A stretch of DNA of 64,000 nt from assembly GCA_000165345.1 (NCBI GenBank), contig CM000431.1, forward strand, positions 32,001 to 96,000, given 5' to 3'. Every line of letters begins with the position of its first letter. Position 1 is the stretch's first letter. The translations under genes and the position numbers were made by a program. This document shows positions 43,401 through 54,869 of the stretch, in pieces. The notes under the pieces were generated by a model. That model worked only from the letters and a program-made list of their open reading frames with translations. It did no database searches and had not been told where the DNA came from.

Positions 43401-43803
43401 TGAAGATAAAAGTATAGTAAATTTTAAAGGTAGTGAAAGAAGAAGAGGAGGTGGAAGGTATAAGTTTGGTGGAGGATATGCAGAAGAAGATAGGAGAAGA
43501 GAAGAAGAAGATGATGATAGCGAGAATAGTGGCGGTGAGGATGGTGATGATGATTACTGGGAAGCAGATCAGAAGTTACTAGAATTGATAAGACTTCGTC
43601 CAACCAGTTCAATAATAAATGCTCAGCCTCCAACCGCTGGAATACTTCGTAGGACTGTTTCATCAGATGTAAGTATAAGTAAAGGAACATTCTCAAAGAT
43701 AGGAAGTATATCATCATTATGGACAAAGCATAATTCTTCCCCTCCAAAAGCTTTATCTTCAATGAAAAGAGTATGTTTTGCTGAAGTGGCACAGATATAT
43801 TAA
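40411..43803 (+). CDS. Hypothetical protein, 1130 aa, with a Ser/Thr/Asn-rich and acidic C-terminal third
   Basis: Uninterrupted ATG ORF. The N-terminal ~650 aa has ordinary globular composition. The C-terminus has poly-Thr/Ser (TTTTTSATNAATVVTSSTTTSSPS), acidic stretches (DEDKS...EEDDDSENSGGEDGDDDYWE) and a Gly-rich run. No catalytic motif recognised. Confidence 0.65.
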   Translation: MGTKLVSNIKNFIISGRNQNGIKGLVKGSYPNGYRNFGPDLDRMMLPLNKKYVDESKLVDSINEEINSIGGCSTSGGGKDNYYLSVLKCLVEFIQWDIKKERENYAKYGMFLFLKLLEGYKDHWVDSIRLTAFIRNQSEAWLSKDSGALQYYGKWIILGNMKRSLEKNSHLYYKEFEGLSNDGAHIVSTNPNIGQKYPGLSANSLPIKMCTLSNKLVEMLCKCVININNRLESKNGKEKLKGCKNSIITEEQSLKANEVSNKDLIEVTLILEIILLGFLMEGEIFGEKSDALISEFVIPSLASIIDSKLILSYCLSFHNVKYYLNENGPGRSLYNTMEIFREDSNLFFQGDKATINELIESLYMRFLYLIETLSIIFLKEFQEEKAMQQRCSETISGKVTSEIEDDSVSQSTSLNNFNNNISNNELGLIQRFKVQDRINILPLKFKSLNDKLYSLCYYPYILTSDICLSICRGNSDYTVELITLLTCALRYHTINTGYSEDFQRLFQNTDPLFIIDELMVSISGGNDEIPRSILYYETPQYCYSLLRCLHRVLCCCPRIVGISRLVSTLINLIDVILPLYDLNGTLCSRSKNFDGQISNIGNNRGGMAGGDIGKCALLMRNVAFQVVFDIMCILSDTSQVFYVIRVLVKVRDWCGSCLLDLIRRCQRLASQSSEMGNLNKRSLSTYNSQLKSNNVGGVNGLTTAVNQKYDKLDLRTRVGATGLLQTSNKKISELGNINNTSEGSKLVQNSSLVGGISGSVASYNSGIDLSSYLNIGGLREFDLEIVNPSFWSASKILEIAGINRKWITGQIGNSGNNYISMNFTGGGAGGGGMINGLNGNNSNNMSISSGISSGLSSDIIVSSKTTQVIFNRSENMGSNNSGNSGLGGALRTDVIGGSTKSIPSTNTNIITATTNATTTTTSATNAATVVTSSTTTSSPSAITIGAGNISSSGSSNYGSISSPKAVVLPSSNYCYDYSSEDEENEDYDFDDIDTSSDEDKSIVNFKGSERRRGGGRYKFGGGYAEEDRRREEEDDDSENSGGEDGDDDYWEADQKLLELIRLRPTSSIINAQPPTAGILRRTVSSDVSISKGTFSKIGSISSLWTKHNSSPPKALSSMKRVCFAEVAQIY

Positions 43804-44357
43804 TAAAAGAGATTTGACTCAACTTTAATGTATTTTAGTTTAACCATTTGATTAATTTTTTTAATAATTTGTTGATTTATTATTAATATTAATAAAAATA
43901 TTGATATATAGACAATTTAATATTTCTCTTACAATTTAATTATATACAATATATGAATATATAAAAGTATGCAAAGACATATACAAAATGGAAAATTTAA
44001 GAATAATTGTTTAAAATGTTTTTATATATTTATTTCGAGTCCGACTGGAAAAAAAGTAAATATGAAAGAATATTTGGTGGGGAGATTTGATATAAGAGTT
44101 TTTGCATTACCGGTATTAAAAGATAAGTGATGACGTGTCATTTATTTATTAAGTATTTATTTTGAGAATAGTCTGAATAAATTGAATGAAAATTAAAGAG
44201 AAAATAATCAAGTGAAATATTGTTTTTTTTTTGTATTGAACTTAAATAATATTAATATTGAGTAGATATAGGTTATACAAATATTCTTTAAGAATATCTT
44301 TGAATAATTTTAGATTTATATTTCTATGTTATCAATTTTGAATTTAATTACATTTTT

Positions 44358-44432
44358 TGCATGACATGCATGCAATGTTGTTTATTGTGGCGGTAATTTC
44401 AGGGTCAAATGTCAGAAGTTTTGGCGGGAAAG
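44358..44432. promoter_or_regulatory. Promoter elements upstream of the helicase gene: TTGCATGACATGCATGCAATG and the classic E2F site TTTTGGCGGGAAA
   Basis: Motifs at 44358-44378 and 44420-44432 lie 460-540 bp upstream of the ATG at 44894. Confidence 0.5.
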
Positions 44433-44893
44433 TGGGGTGTCATTTTTTTATTTTTAATGAAAAAACAAAAAGGATGTAGATAGATATAGCTGGGTGGGTT
44501 GGTTATTTGAATGTAGAAAGTGCAGATGAGAGTATAATATTACTGGATGGATGATATGAATGAAAGAGTTGTTGTGCTTATTATTTGAATAAATGTTGGA
44601 AATATTTTTTGAAAATTATTTGAAAAAGAAAAGGACATTAAAGGGAAAATAAATTGGCTCCATAATAATAATAAAAAAAGGAATAAAAATAAAATAAAAA
44701 TAAAATAAATTAATTCCATTTAAAAAACAAGAATAAAATAATATTTTAAATTATTTATAAGAAATATAAAGAAAATTGGTTTAAGACAGTAACAAAAAGT
44801 TATAGCTCTTAAATTTTAATTTGTCAATTTTTTTTTTCTTTAAGATTCAATTAAATTTAAACAAGATTTAGATTTCGATCTAGACAAGGAAAA

Positions 44894-47800
44894 ATGTTTG
44901 CTAATCAGGATGATTTTTGGACTTCAGATGAGGAGGAGGAAGAAGAGGAGGGGGTAGAAGAGGAGGGGGTAGAAGAGGAGGAGGTAGAAGGAGAAGAAGA
45001 TAAGGATGAAGAAAAGAATGATCAAAAAAATGATTTGGATATGGTTGAAGAAAAAGTTTCCAGAATCAGTCTAAAAGAGGGTAAGGAAGGAGAGGAGAAT
45101 GGTGAGGAAGAGGAAAGAAAGAAAAAGAAGGGATTTATCAGGAAGAAATGGAGTATAGAAGATGAGCGAGATGTTTCTGATTTCAGGGAAATTATAGGCT
45201 ATGAGCCTTGTAAGAAAGAAGATTTGGATGATTCAGAAGATTTGGAGAATGTGGTATTAAAATATCCCTATGAATTGGATGATTTTCAGAAAAGAGCAGT
45301 AATTAATATACATAATGGAGACCATGTTTTAGTTGCAGCTCACACTTCAGCAGGAAAAACAGCAGTAGCAGAATATGCAATAGAGTTAGCTAATAAGAAT
45401 GGAAGGAAAGCAATATATACATCTCCTATTAAAGCTTTAAGTAGTCAAAAATATCGAGAATTTTTGAATAGATTTAGAGAATATCCTGCACATTCATCAT
45501 TTACTCAAAGAAACAGGATTGGAATAATTACAGGAGATGTGAGTATTAATCCTGATGCACAATGTGTAATAATGACAACTGAGATTTTGAGGACAATGCT
45601 ATATAGAAATGATCCTTGTATTGAACAAATTCAGACGGTAATATTTGATGAGGTTCATTATATTAATGATTTGGAGAGAGGCGTTGTTTGGGAAGAGGTA
45701 TTGATATTATTGGATCCAAAAGTTCAACTGGTTTTGTTATCGGCAACAATTCCAAATTATATAGAGTTTGCTAATTGGATTGGAAGGATTAAACAAAATA
45801 CTGTTTATTGCATTCGAACTTTACATAGGCCTGTTCCTTTGAAGCATTATCTTTACATTTACGAGAAATGTTTCCAAATAATGGATGAGAATAATAAGTT
45901 CAATATAAATGGATACAAGGAAATGCTGGATTTTATTAAAACTTCAAAATCTAAGAAGAGTATTAGTAGCTTAAAAAGCAAGGTCAGTAAGCTCAGTTCG
46001 TCAATATCTAAGGCGAACTCATCTCAAGAAATTCAGTCTCAGGAAGACCCAAATCAAGAGGATCCCAGTCAAGAAGACCCAAATCAAGAGGATCCCAGTC
46101 AAGAAGATCCAACCCAGGAAGTTCAGTCCCAAGAAGAACCAATCCAAGAAGACCAATCCCAAGAAACTCAATCCCAAGAAACTCAATCCCAAGAAATCCA
46201 ATCCCAAGAAGCGAAAGTTGAAGACAACAATATTGCAATGCTTAGGATCTCAGCAATTAACAAGCAAATCTCATCTTCTGCTGGAGCAAAAGGAGGATCT
46301 GGGGGAATTCTTTCTAGTGCAGAAACCAAATTCAAGACTGAAGTTTATAGATTACAAGTGTTCTTAAAGCTCTTGGAGAAAAATGATCAATTACCTGTCA
46401 TACTATTTGGATTTTCTAGGAGAAAAGTGGAACAATTAGCAACCAATTTACCAAATCTCAACTTTTTATACAATCATAATGAAAAAAGTAATATTATTAC
46501 ATTTATTAAAGAATCCACAAGTAAATTAAATGAATTGGATCAAAAAATTCCTCAATTATTACAATGTAAAGAATTAGCTTTAAGAGGAATAGGAATTCAT
46601 CATAGTGGAATGCTTCCAATTATCAAAGAAATGACTGAGATCTTATTTACTAGAGGATTAATCAAAGTATTATTTGCAACTGAGACAATATCTATGGGAA
46701 TTAATTGTCCAGCTAGATCTATTGTATTTACTAGTATTAAAAAATATGATGGACGAAAAAATAGAATACTTCTTTCTTCTGAATATACACAAATGTCAGG
46801 AAGAGCTGGAAGAAGAGGTATTGATACTTTTGGTAATGTATTTATATTTAATTCATCACATGAAACAATACCAGAATGTATTGATATTGTAAAGATGATG
46901 CTTAATACTTATTTACCAGTACAAAGTAAATTCAGATTAACATATCAGATGATACTTCAACTTTCTTGTAGACATTCACTTAAAATTGAAGATATGATGA
47001 CTAAATCATTTAAAGAAATGTTCAGATCAATTAATCTTCCAATATTTCATCGAAATTTGAATAGAAAGCTTAAAAGACATCAAATCATACTTTCAAAATT
47101 ACATTCTATATTAGAATCATATAATAGTAATTTGGTTATTTCTAATTATAATCAAAGAAATACAAATCAAAAAGATGAATTTCAATTTGAATCTGATTCT
47201 GAATCTTTATTAAATATTATTAATGGTTTAATTTCAACTATTGAAACTTCAAATTTAATTTCTGGTCAATTATTTCAAAAACTATGTAATTCATCAATTA
47301 ATAAGAATATAATTTCTCAGAAGATTCTTAATCCTGGAAGATTAATACTATTCAATTCTTTTTCATTGACTGGTAAATCTTTACCAATGTTTGCAAATAT
47401 TTTGGAATATAATCCAACATCAACACTTTCTTCTATTATTGTTTATTCACAAGAATTTATTGATTTTCAATTTTCATCAAATAATTATCTTTCAAAAAAT
47501 ATTATGGATGGTAATGATAATAATAATAATAATAATAATAATAAAGGAATTGGTGATTCTAATAATGATATTCAATTTTATGATGTTGTTGAAGAAAGTA
47601 TTCAAAATTATCAAAATTCTAATAAGAATCGACAAATCAGTGTAGTACAAAACTTGATAGATCTTGATAGATCTAAAAAGAATAATAATCAAAGAAATTC
47701 TTCTTCATCGTATTCTTCAAAAAACTCTACAACAATCAATTTGATTCATCATTCAACATTTAATTCTCAGAAATTATTAATTTCAACATCTTTATATAAT

Positions 47801-49213
47801 AATACAAATATTAATGAAATCAATCCATTATTTAAAAACATTAATAATTATTATATTTTTCAAAATGTTCCATTAGAACTTTTTATGTTCATTTTTGATT
47901 TTAATGCTTCAGCTACAAATAATCAAACAAATCTTCTTAAAAGTATTAATTTTAAAGATATTTCCATATTACATAACATTGCAATTTTACTTAAAAACTC
48001 TGTTCAAGACTTTTTATCAAATCAGAATAGTATAAATAATATGAATGGTAATTGTAATAATTCTTTAAAAAATAATAATTTAGGAAATTCTGGTATAAAT
48101 CCTAATATTGGTCCAAAACCAAAGAATAAGAACAATAAAAAAGGTATGAAGGTAAATCTTTTTGAATTCATTAGTCATCAAGAACAACAAAACCAACAAT
48201 TAAATACTAATCGTGGAAATATTACTGAATATTCTTCATCTTCATCTTCAAACATACCAGAAAACTGGCCAAAATTATTACCCATTTCCAAAACACTAAA
48301 ATCAATAGAAATTGAATATTATGAACTTTTACAAAGATATAATGATCTTTTCCCAGAATTTGTTAATAATCATATATTCAAAAATTGTTATTCATTTATT
48401 ATTGAAGAAAATAATAATCATAATGATAATAATGGTAATAATACTATGATTCAACTTATTGTTGAACTTAATAAATTGGATCATGAAATATCAATTTATA
48501 AACATTTCATAAATGATGAAAGTTTGGATGATTATCCAGAAATGAAACTTAAAATACAATTATTAATTGAAAAAGGATTCCTTAATGAAAATCTTACTAT
48601 TACAACTAAAGGTAGAATAGCATCAGAATTACTTACAAGTGATGAACTTACTTTAATAGAAATATTACTGAATGGTATGTTACATAAATTAAATAATATT
48701 CATGAAATTACGGCTATATTATCTTGCTTTGTATTTCCTGAAAAAATGGAATCATTATCAAATTCAAATACTAGTACAAATAATAATAATAATAATAATA
48801 ATATTCTTGGTATAGATAGACCTTCATTACCTTCTGTTGAACTTTTGAATGCTCATGATGAGCTTATTAATATTCATACAGATTATGAAAAAACTCATTA
48901 TAAACATCAAATAAATTTAGATACTGAACATTTTTGGTCTTTATGTAATGATAAATTTATGTTAATTGCTTATAAATGGTCAAATAAAGAATCACTTAAA
49001 GAGATTATGGAATTTGTACATAATTCTGAAATGAATTTACATGAAGGTACAATTGTTAGAACAATTTTAAGACTTGATGAACTTGTTAGAAAACTTATAA
49101 TAGCAGCAAAAATGATGGGAGATAAAATACTTGAAGAAAAATTATGTTTAATACATGAAAATATTGCCAGAGATATCATTTTTATGACTTCTCTTTACTT
49201 TAATTCCAACTAG
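44894..49213 (+). CDS. Ski2-like (Ski2/Mtr4 family) DExH-box RNA helicase with a C-terminal DSHCT domain, 1439 aa
   Basis: Motif I AHTSAGKT. TSPIKALSSQK. DEVHYINDLERGVVWEEV (DEVH box). LLSATIPN. Helicase C motifs (LFATETISMGINCPARSIVF, QMSGRAGRRGID). The C-terminus has the DSHCT pattern (HEGTIVRTILRLDELVRKLIIAAKMMGDKILEEKLCLIHENIARDIIFMTSLYF). An acidic N-terminus precedes the core. Confidence 0.85.
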   Translation: MFANQDDFWTSDEEEEEEEGVEEEGVEEEEVEGEEDKDEEKNDQKNDLDMVEEKVSRISLKEGKEGEENGEEEERKKKKGFIRKKWSIEDERDVSDFREIIGYEPCKKEDLDDSEDLENVVLKYPYELDDFQKRAVINIHNGDHVLVAAHTSAGKTAVAEYAIELANKNGRKAIYTSPIKALSSQKYREFLNRFREYPAHSSFTQRNRIGIITGDVSINPDAQCVIMTTEILRTMLYRNDPCIEQIQTVIFDEVHYINDLERGVVWEEVLILLDPKVQLVLLSATIPNYIEFANWIGRIKQNTVYCIRTLHRPVPLKHYLYIYEKCFQIMDENNKFNINGYKEMLDFIKTSKSKKSISSLKSKVSKLSSSISKANSSQEIQSQEDPNQEDPSQEDPNQEDPSQEDPTQEVQSQEEPIQEDQSQETQSQETQSQEIQSQEAKVEDNNIAMLRISAINKQISSSAGAKGGSGGILSSAETKFKTEVYRLQVFLKLLEKNDQLPVILFGFSRRKVEQLATNLPNLNFLYNHNEKSNIITFIKESTSKLNELDQKIPQLLQCKELALRGIGIHHSGMLPIIKEMTEILFTRGLIKVLFATETISMGINCPARSIVFTSIKKYDGRKNRILLSSEYTQMSGRAGRRGIDTFGNVFIFNSSHETIPECIDIVKMMLNTYLPVQSKFRLTYQMILQLSCRHSLKIEDMMTKSFKEMFRSINLPIFHRNLNRKLKRHQIILSKLHSILESYNSNLVISNYNQRNTNQKDEFQFESDSESLLNIINGLISTIETSNLISGQLFQKLCNSSINKNIISQKILNPGRLILFNSFSLTGKSLPMFANILEYNPTSTLSSIIVYSQEFIDFQFSSNNYLSKNIMDGNDNNNNNNNNKGIGDSNNDIQFYDVVEESIQNYQNSNKNRQISVVQNLIDLDRSKKNNNQRNSSSSYSSKNSTTINLIHHSTFNSQKLLISTSLYNNTNINEINPLFKNINNYYIFQNVPLELFMFIFDFNASATNNQTNLLKSINFKDISILHNIAILLKNSVQDFLSNQNSINNMNGNCNNSLKNNNLGNSGINPNIGPKPKNKNNKKGMKVNLFEFISHQEQQNQQLNTNRGNITEYSSSSSSNIPENWPKLLPISKTLKSIEIEYYELLQRYNDLFPEFVNNHIFKNCYSFIIEENNNHNDNNGNNTMIQLIVELNKLDHEISIYKHFINDESLDDYPEMKLKIQLLIEKGFLNENLTITTKGRIASELLTSDELTLIEILLNGMLHKLNNIHEITAILSCFVFPEKMESLSNSNTSTNNNNNNNNILGIDRPSLPSVELLNAHDELINIHTDYEKTHYKHQINLDTEHFWSLCNDKFMLIAYKWSNKESLKEIMEFVHNSEMNLHEGTIVRTILRLDELVRKLIIAAKMMGDKILEEKLCLIHENIARDIIFMTSLYFNSN
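46021..46212 (+). repeat. In-frame 30-nt/15-nt tandem repeat encoding (S/N/T)QEDP and SQE(T/I)Q peptide repeats, located between the two RecA domains of the helicase
   Basis: caagaggatcccagtcaagaagacccaaat occurs twice, followed by degenerate aatcccaagaaactc units. Protein: QEDPNQEDPSQEDPNQEDPSQEDPTQEVQSQEEPIQEDQSQETQSQETQSQEIQSQE. It produces spurious antisense ORFs 46008..46238 and 46019..46207. Confidence 0.85.
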
Positions 49214-49422
49214 AAAGTAAATAAGAAAAATAAAAAAATTCATGAAAAAAACAATACAAAATCACGATTTGATATAGGAAAAAAAATTTATTTTAGTTAG
49301 AAAAGGTTTAAGTTAAGTTAAGTTTTTGTAAGGTTTTATGTTTGATAGTTTTTAGTTTTGGGTTTTGGGGTTAAATTTGTCTTGGGATTTTGGGTTTTTT
49401 GGTTTAAAATAAAGAATTAAGG

Positions 49423-50145
49423 TTTTGCCTTTAAGAGTTGGCTTGAGGCTTGAGGCTTTCTGGCCTTTAAGAGTTGACTTAGGGTTTCAGGCTTTCTGAC
49501 CTTTAAGAGTTGGCTTAGGGTTTCAGGCTTTCTAGCCTCCAAGGGTGGTTGGCTTGAGGTTTCAGAATTTTTGGCCTTTAAGAGTTGACTTGGGGTTTCA
49601 GGCTTTCTGACCTTTAAGAGTTGGCTTAGGGTTTCAGGCTTTCAGGCTTTTTGGCCTTTAAGAGTTGGCTTAGGGTTTCAGGCTTTCAGGCTTTCTGGCC
49701 TTTAAGAGTTGGCTTGGGATTTCAGGCTTTCTGACCTTTAAGAGTTGACTTAGGGTTTCAGGCTTTCTGACCTTTAAGAGTTGGCTTAGGGTTTCAGGCT
49801 TTCTAGCCTCCAAGGGTGGTTGGCTTGAGGTTTCAGAATTTTTGGCCTTTAAGGGTTGGCTTAGGGTTTCAGGCTTTTTTGCCTTTAAGAGTTGAATTGG
49901 GGTTTCAGGTTTTTGGCCTTTAAGAGTTGGCTCAGGGTTTCAGGCTTTCTGGCTTTCTGGCTTTCAGGCTTTTTGGCCTTTAAGAGTTGACTTGGGGTTT
50001 CAGGCTTTCTGACCTTTAAAAGTTGACTTAGAGTTTCAGGCTTTCTGACCTTTAAGAGTTGGCTTAGGGTTTCAGGCTTTCTGGCTTTCAGGCTTTCTGG
50101 CCTTTAAGAGTTGGCTTGGGATTTCAGGCTTTCTGGCTTTCTAGC
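49423..50145. repeat. Intergenic minisatellite: about 20 copies of a 36-bp unit (cctttaagagttggcttagggtttcaggctttctga, with 43-bp variants). A higher-order period of ~270 bp is superimposed. The array is flanked by a 19-bp direct repeat TTAAAATAAAGAATTAAGG at 49404-49422 and 50146-50164
   Basis: The unit is read directly from the sequence. The segment ctagcctccaagggtggttggcttgaggtttcagaatttttggcc recurs at about 49531 and about 49801. The array is GC-richer than its surroundings. It is preceded at 49320-49400 by G/T-rich telomere-like sequence (agttttgggttttggggttaaatttgtcttgggattttgggttttttgg), and each unit contains TTAGGGTTT. Confidence 0.85.
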
Positions 50146-50350
50146 TTAAAATAAAGAATTAAGGTAAGGTTTTGACCTCCAAACGTCTTAGGGATTTAAG
50201 CTTCGGGTTTCACCTCGAGCCTCAACCCTTTAAGGTTTTTTTTTTTTTTTTTTGAAATTTAAAGTTAAATAAATACTTAATTATAATAACCTAATAGCCT
50301 TTCAATCATAATTAATATAACCAATTTTATTACTAATTTTAACAAAATAA

Positions 50351-50393
<43 letters not shown>

Positions 50394-50450
50394 TTTTAAT
50401 ATGATCACCAATAATATCAAGAAATTTATAATAAAAAAATTGACCAACTA

Positions 50451-52326
<1,876 letters not shown>

Positions 52327-52826
52327 NNNNNNNNNNNNNNNNNNNNNNNNNNNNNNNNNNNNNNNNNNNNNNNNNNNNNNNNNNNNNNNNNNNNNNNNNN
52401 NNNNNNNNNNNNNNNNNNNNNNNNNNNNNNNNNNNNNNNNNNNNNNNNNNNNNNNNNNNNNNNNNNNNNNNNNNNNNNNNNNNNNNNNNNNNNNNNNNNN
52501 NNNNNNNNNNNNNNNNNNNNNNNNNNNNNNNNNNNNNNNNNNNNNNNNNNNNNNNNNNNNNNNNNNNNNNNNNNNNNNNNNNNNNNNNNNNNNNNNNNNN
52601 NNNNNNNNNNNNNNNNNNNNNNNNNNNNNNNNNNNNNNNNNNNNNNNNNNNNNNNNNNNNNNNNNNNNNNNNNNNNNNNNNNNNNNNNNNNNNNNNNNNN
52701 NNNNNNNNNNNNNNNNNNNNNNNNNNNNNNNNNNNNNNNNNNNNNNNNNNNNNNNNNNNNNNNNNNNNNNNNNNNNNNNNNNNNNNNNNNNNNNNNNNNN
52801 NNNNNNNNNNNNNNNNNNNNNNNNNN
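52327..52826. other. Assembly gap (500 N)
   Basis: An uninterrupted run of n of conventional scaffold-gap length. The true size is unknown. Confidence 0.99.
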
Positions 52827-54267
52827 CAAATGTATGATAGTATTTTTCAAAATATTCTTGTATTATATCATTAATATTATATTCTTGTAATATATTACCA
52901 AATAATTTATTTTTGCTCTGATTTAATATATTTTCCAAAGCAGAAAAATTATAATTCATTATTTTTGATTTAATATTCTCCAAATCAATAAAACTATAAT
53001 TAGAAGTTTGTGTATCATTTACTAATACATTTGTTCTCATATCATACCAACTACAATTTATAGGAAACCATGGTAAAATATTCAAGTTACCTTGTGATTC
53101 AATATAATTTTCTATATAAACTTGTCTCTTAAACCATCTATTTTCGAATATCTTAAAAAACTTTTTAGGAAATATTCTTGTAATGAATTCATATATTTCT
53201 GTATCATATTGAGATAGTATCGAAATTATTTGAGCATATAATATACAATTATCAACATTTGCATGCTCAAGATTATTAATAAATCCCTCATTTATAATTC
53301 TTGCCAAATATATTAATAAAACTCTGCTACTTTTAATCTTATTATTGATTAATTGATATTGACTCTCAGTTGAATCTAATAGTAATGATCTTAAAATAAT
53401 TCCACTCAAAAAGTCAACTTTTGGGATTGATGTTATCGATAGGTCGAACAAAAGATCTAAATAATTTCCACATAAGATTTCAATTGAAACATTTTTTAGT
53501 ACCTTATCTGTCAAATATCTTTGAAAATGTAAGATATTTGAATAAATCTTAAGTATTAAGGTGGTTAATAGTATTGATGAATTCTCATTATATTTTTCTT
53601 GTTTTATAGAAGATGAAATATCAAATACCTTATTTTGATCAAATAATTGTGTAAGATACATATTCTTATGTTGAAATAAAGATTTCCATAATTTGCTAAG
53701 TGCTTTTTCATCATCTTCTTCCGATAAACATCTTCTTAAAGAAATACTTTGAGAAATTTTATCATTACTTTGATTTTTCATTAATTCCAATATTGCTTCT
53801 AAAATTTGACATCTCAATTGAATACCAAGTAAATTAGAACTTGCTATATTTATCATAACTCCAAATATATTTGGAAACTCTCTTGAAAGTAATCCTCTGT
53901 AATAATTACACTTGGAAACTTGAAAAATAAAATTTGATGTAATTGTTAGACACTCCTCTATCTCAAGTCTTAACTCATTCATTAAGAACCTTGGGTCTTC
54001 TTTTTTCATTCTAAATTCTGATATTTCTAGTCTTTTATTTGCAACATTCAAGAACTCATTCACCAATTTAACAGAAAGTAAACTTTTTCTGTTACTGTAA
54101 GTTCCAGAATTTTCTTCTATTTCGTTCATATAATCACTCAAAAAGTTCAATAATACTACATCTTTCATTGAAATTAATACTTCTTTACTCAATTTTCTTC
54201 TATTTTCTGATTCACTCTTTAACTTTCTTATTTTTGAAGCAACCAAACTTAAATTTAACTCTTTCAT
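52827..54267 (-). CDS. Hypothetical protein, N-terminal at least 480 aa; the 3' part is lost in the gap
   Basis: ATG at 54267. The open frame runs to the gap edge at 52827. Helical, Leu/Ile/Asn-rich sequence with no catalytic motif recognised. The track ORF 52318..54267 includes translated Ns. Confidence 0.55.
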
Positions 54268-54405
54268 TTTATTTATATTTAATTAATTTTTTCCTTCTTT
54301 CTTCATCAATTTAAAAAATCCAAATTAAATAAATAAATAGACCAACTTTATAAATAATATATCTCATCCGATTTTCTTTTTTTTTTTCAACCAATAACCA
54401 TTTGT

Positions 54406-54489
54406 TACATGCAAACTATTTGCAAAAAAATGCATTTTGACCTTTTTTTTCCCGCCCAAGATGGCCACATGCAACTGTGCATGCACAAC
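54406..54489. promoter_or_regulatory. Promoter elements for the 54267 gene: TTACATGCAAAC, E2F-like TTTTCCCGCCCAAG, CCACATGCAAC, TGTGCATGCACAAC
   Basis: Four motifs lie within 85 bp, 140-220 bp upstream of the ATG at 54267 (minus strand). Confidence 0.5.
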
Positions 54490-54869
54490 TGAGTCTACCA
54501 AGCTAAAAGGAATTAGTGGAAAAAAATAGGGGGAAAAACAGGGAAAATAGAAAGAAACAATTTGAAAATAAAGAATTTAGCAATTATAACCCAACCCTCT
54601 CTCTCAGAAGCTCCCTTTGTCACACATAAATCCCCTACTTATTTTTTGAATCTCCGGATTTGCGCTTACAAGTTCATTTAAAGTTAATTCTAAAGAGTAA
54701 TTAAAACGCGGGGAAGAGGCAAGAAAAGAAAAATAATTCTATTGAATTCAATGCTAAGAAATATACTGCGATGAAATATCGTATTAGCTACTAATATAAT
54801 TTCCGAATGATGGTAAATTTGAGTGATGATATCTGACGTTAATTAAAAGCTCTTTTCCTTTTAGTGTTT

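Noticed and set aside
46008-46238. Two overlapping minus-strand ORFs of repetitive FLGI/LGLD peptides inside the helicase gene
   Set aside because: They are antisense artifacts of the in-frame QEDP 30-nt repeat of the helicase.
49423-50145. Regularly spaced ~36-bp repeats that could superficially resemble a CRISPR array
   Set aside because: The context is eukaryotic. The units are directly contiguous with no unique spacers, there are no cas genes, and a higher-order repeat structure is typical of minisatellites.
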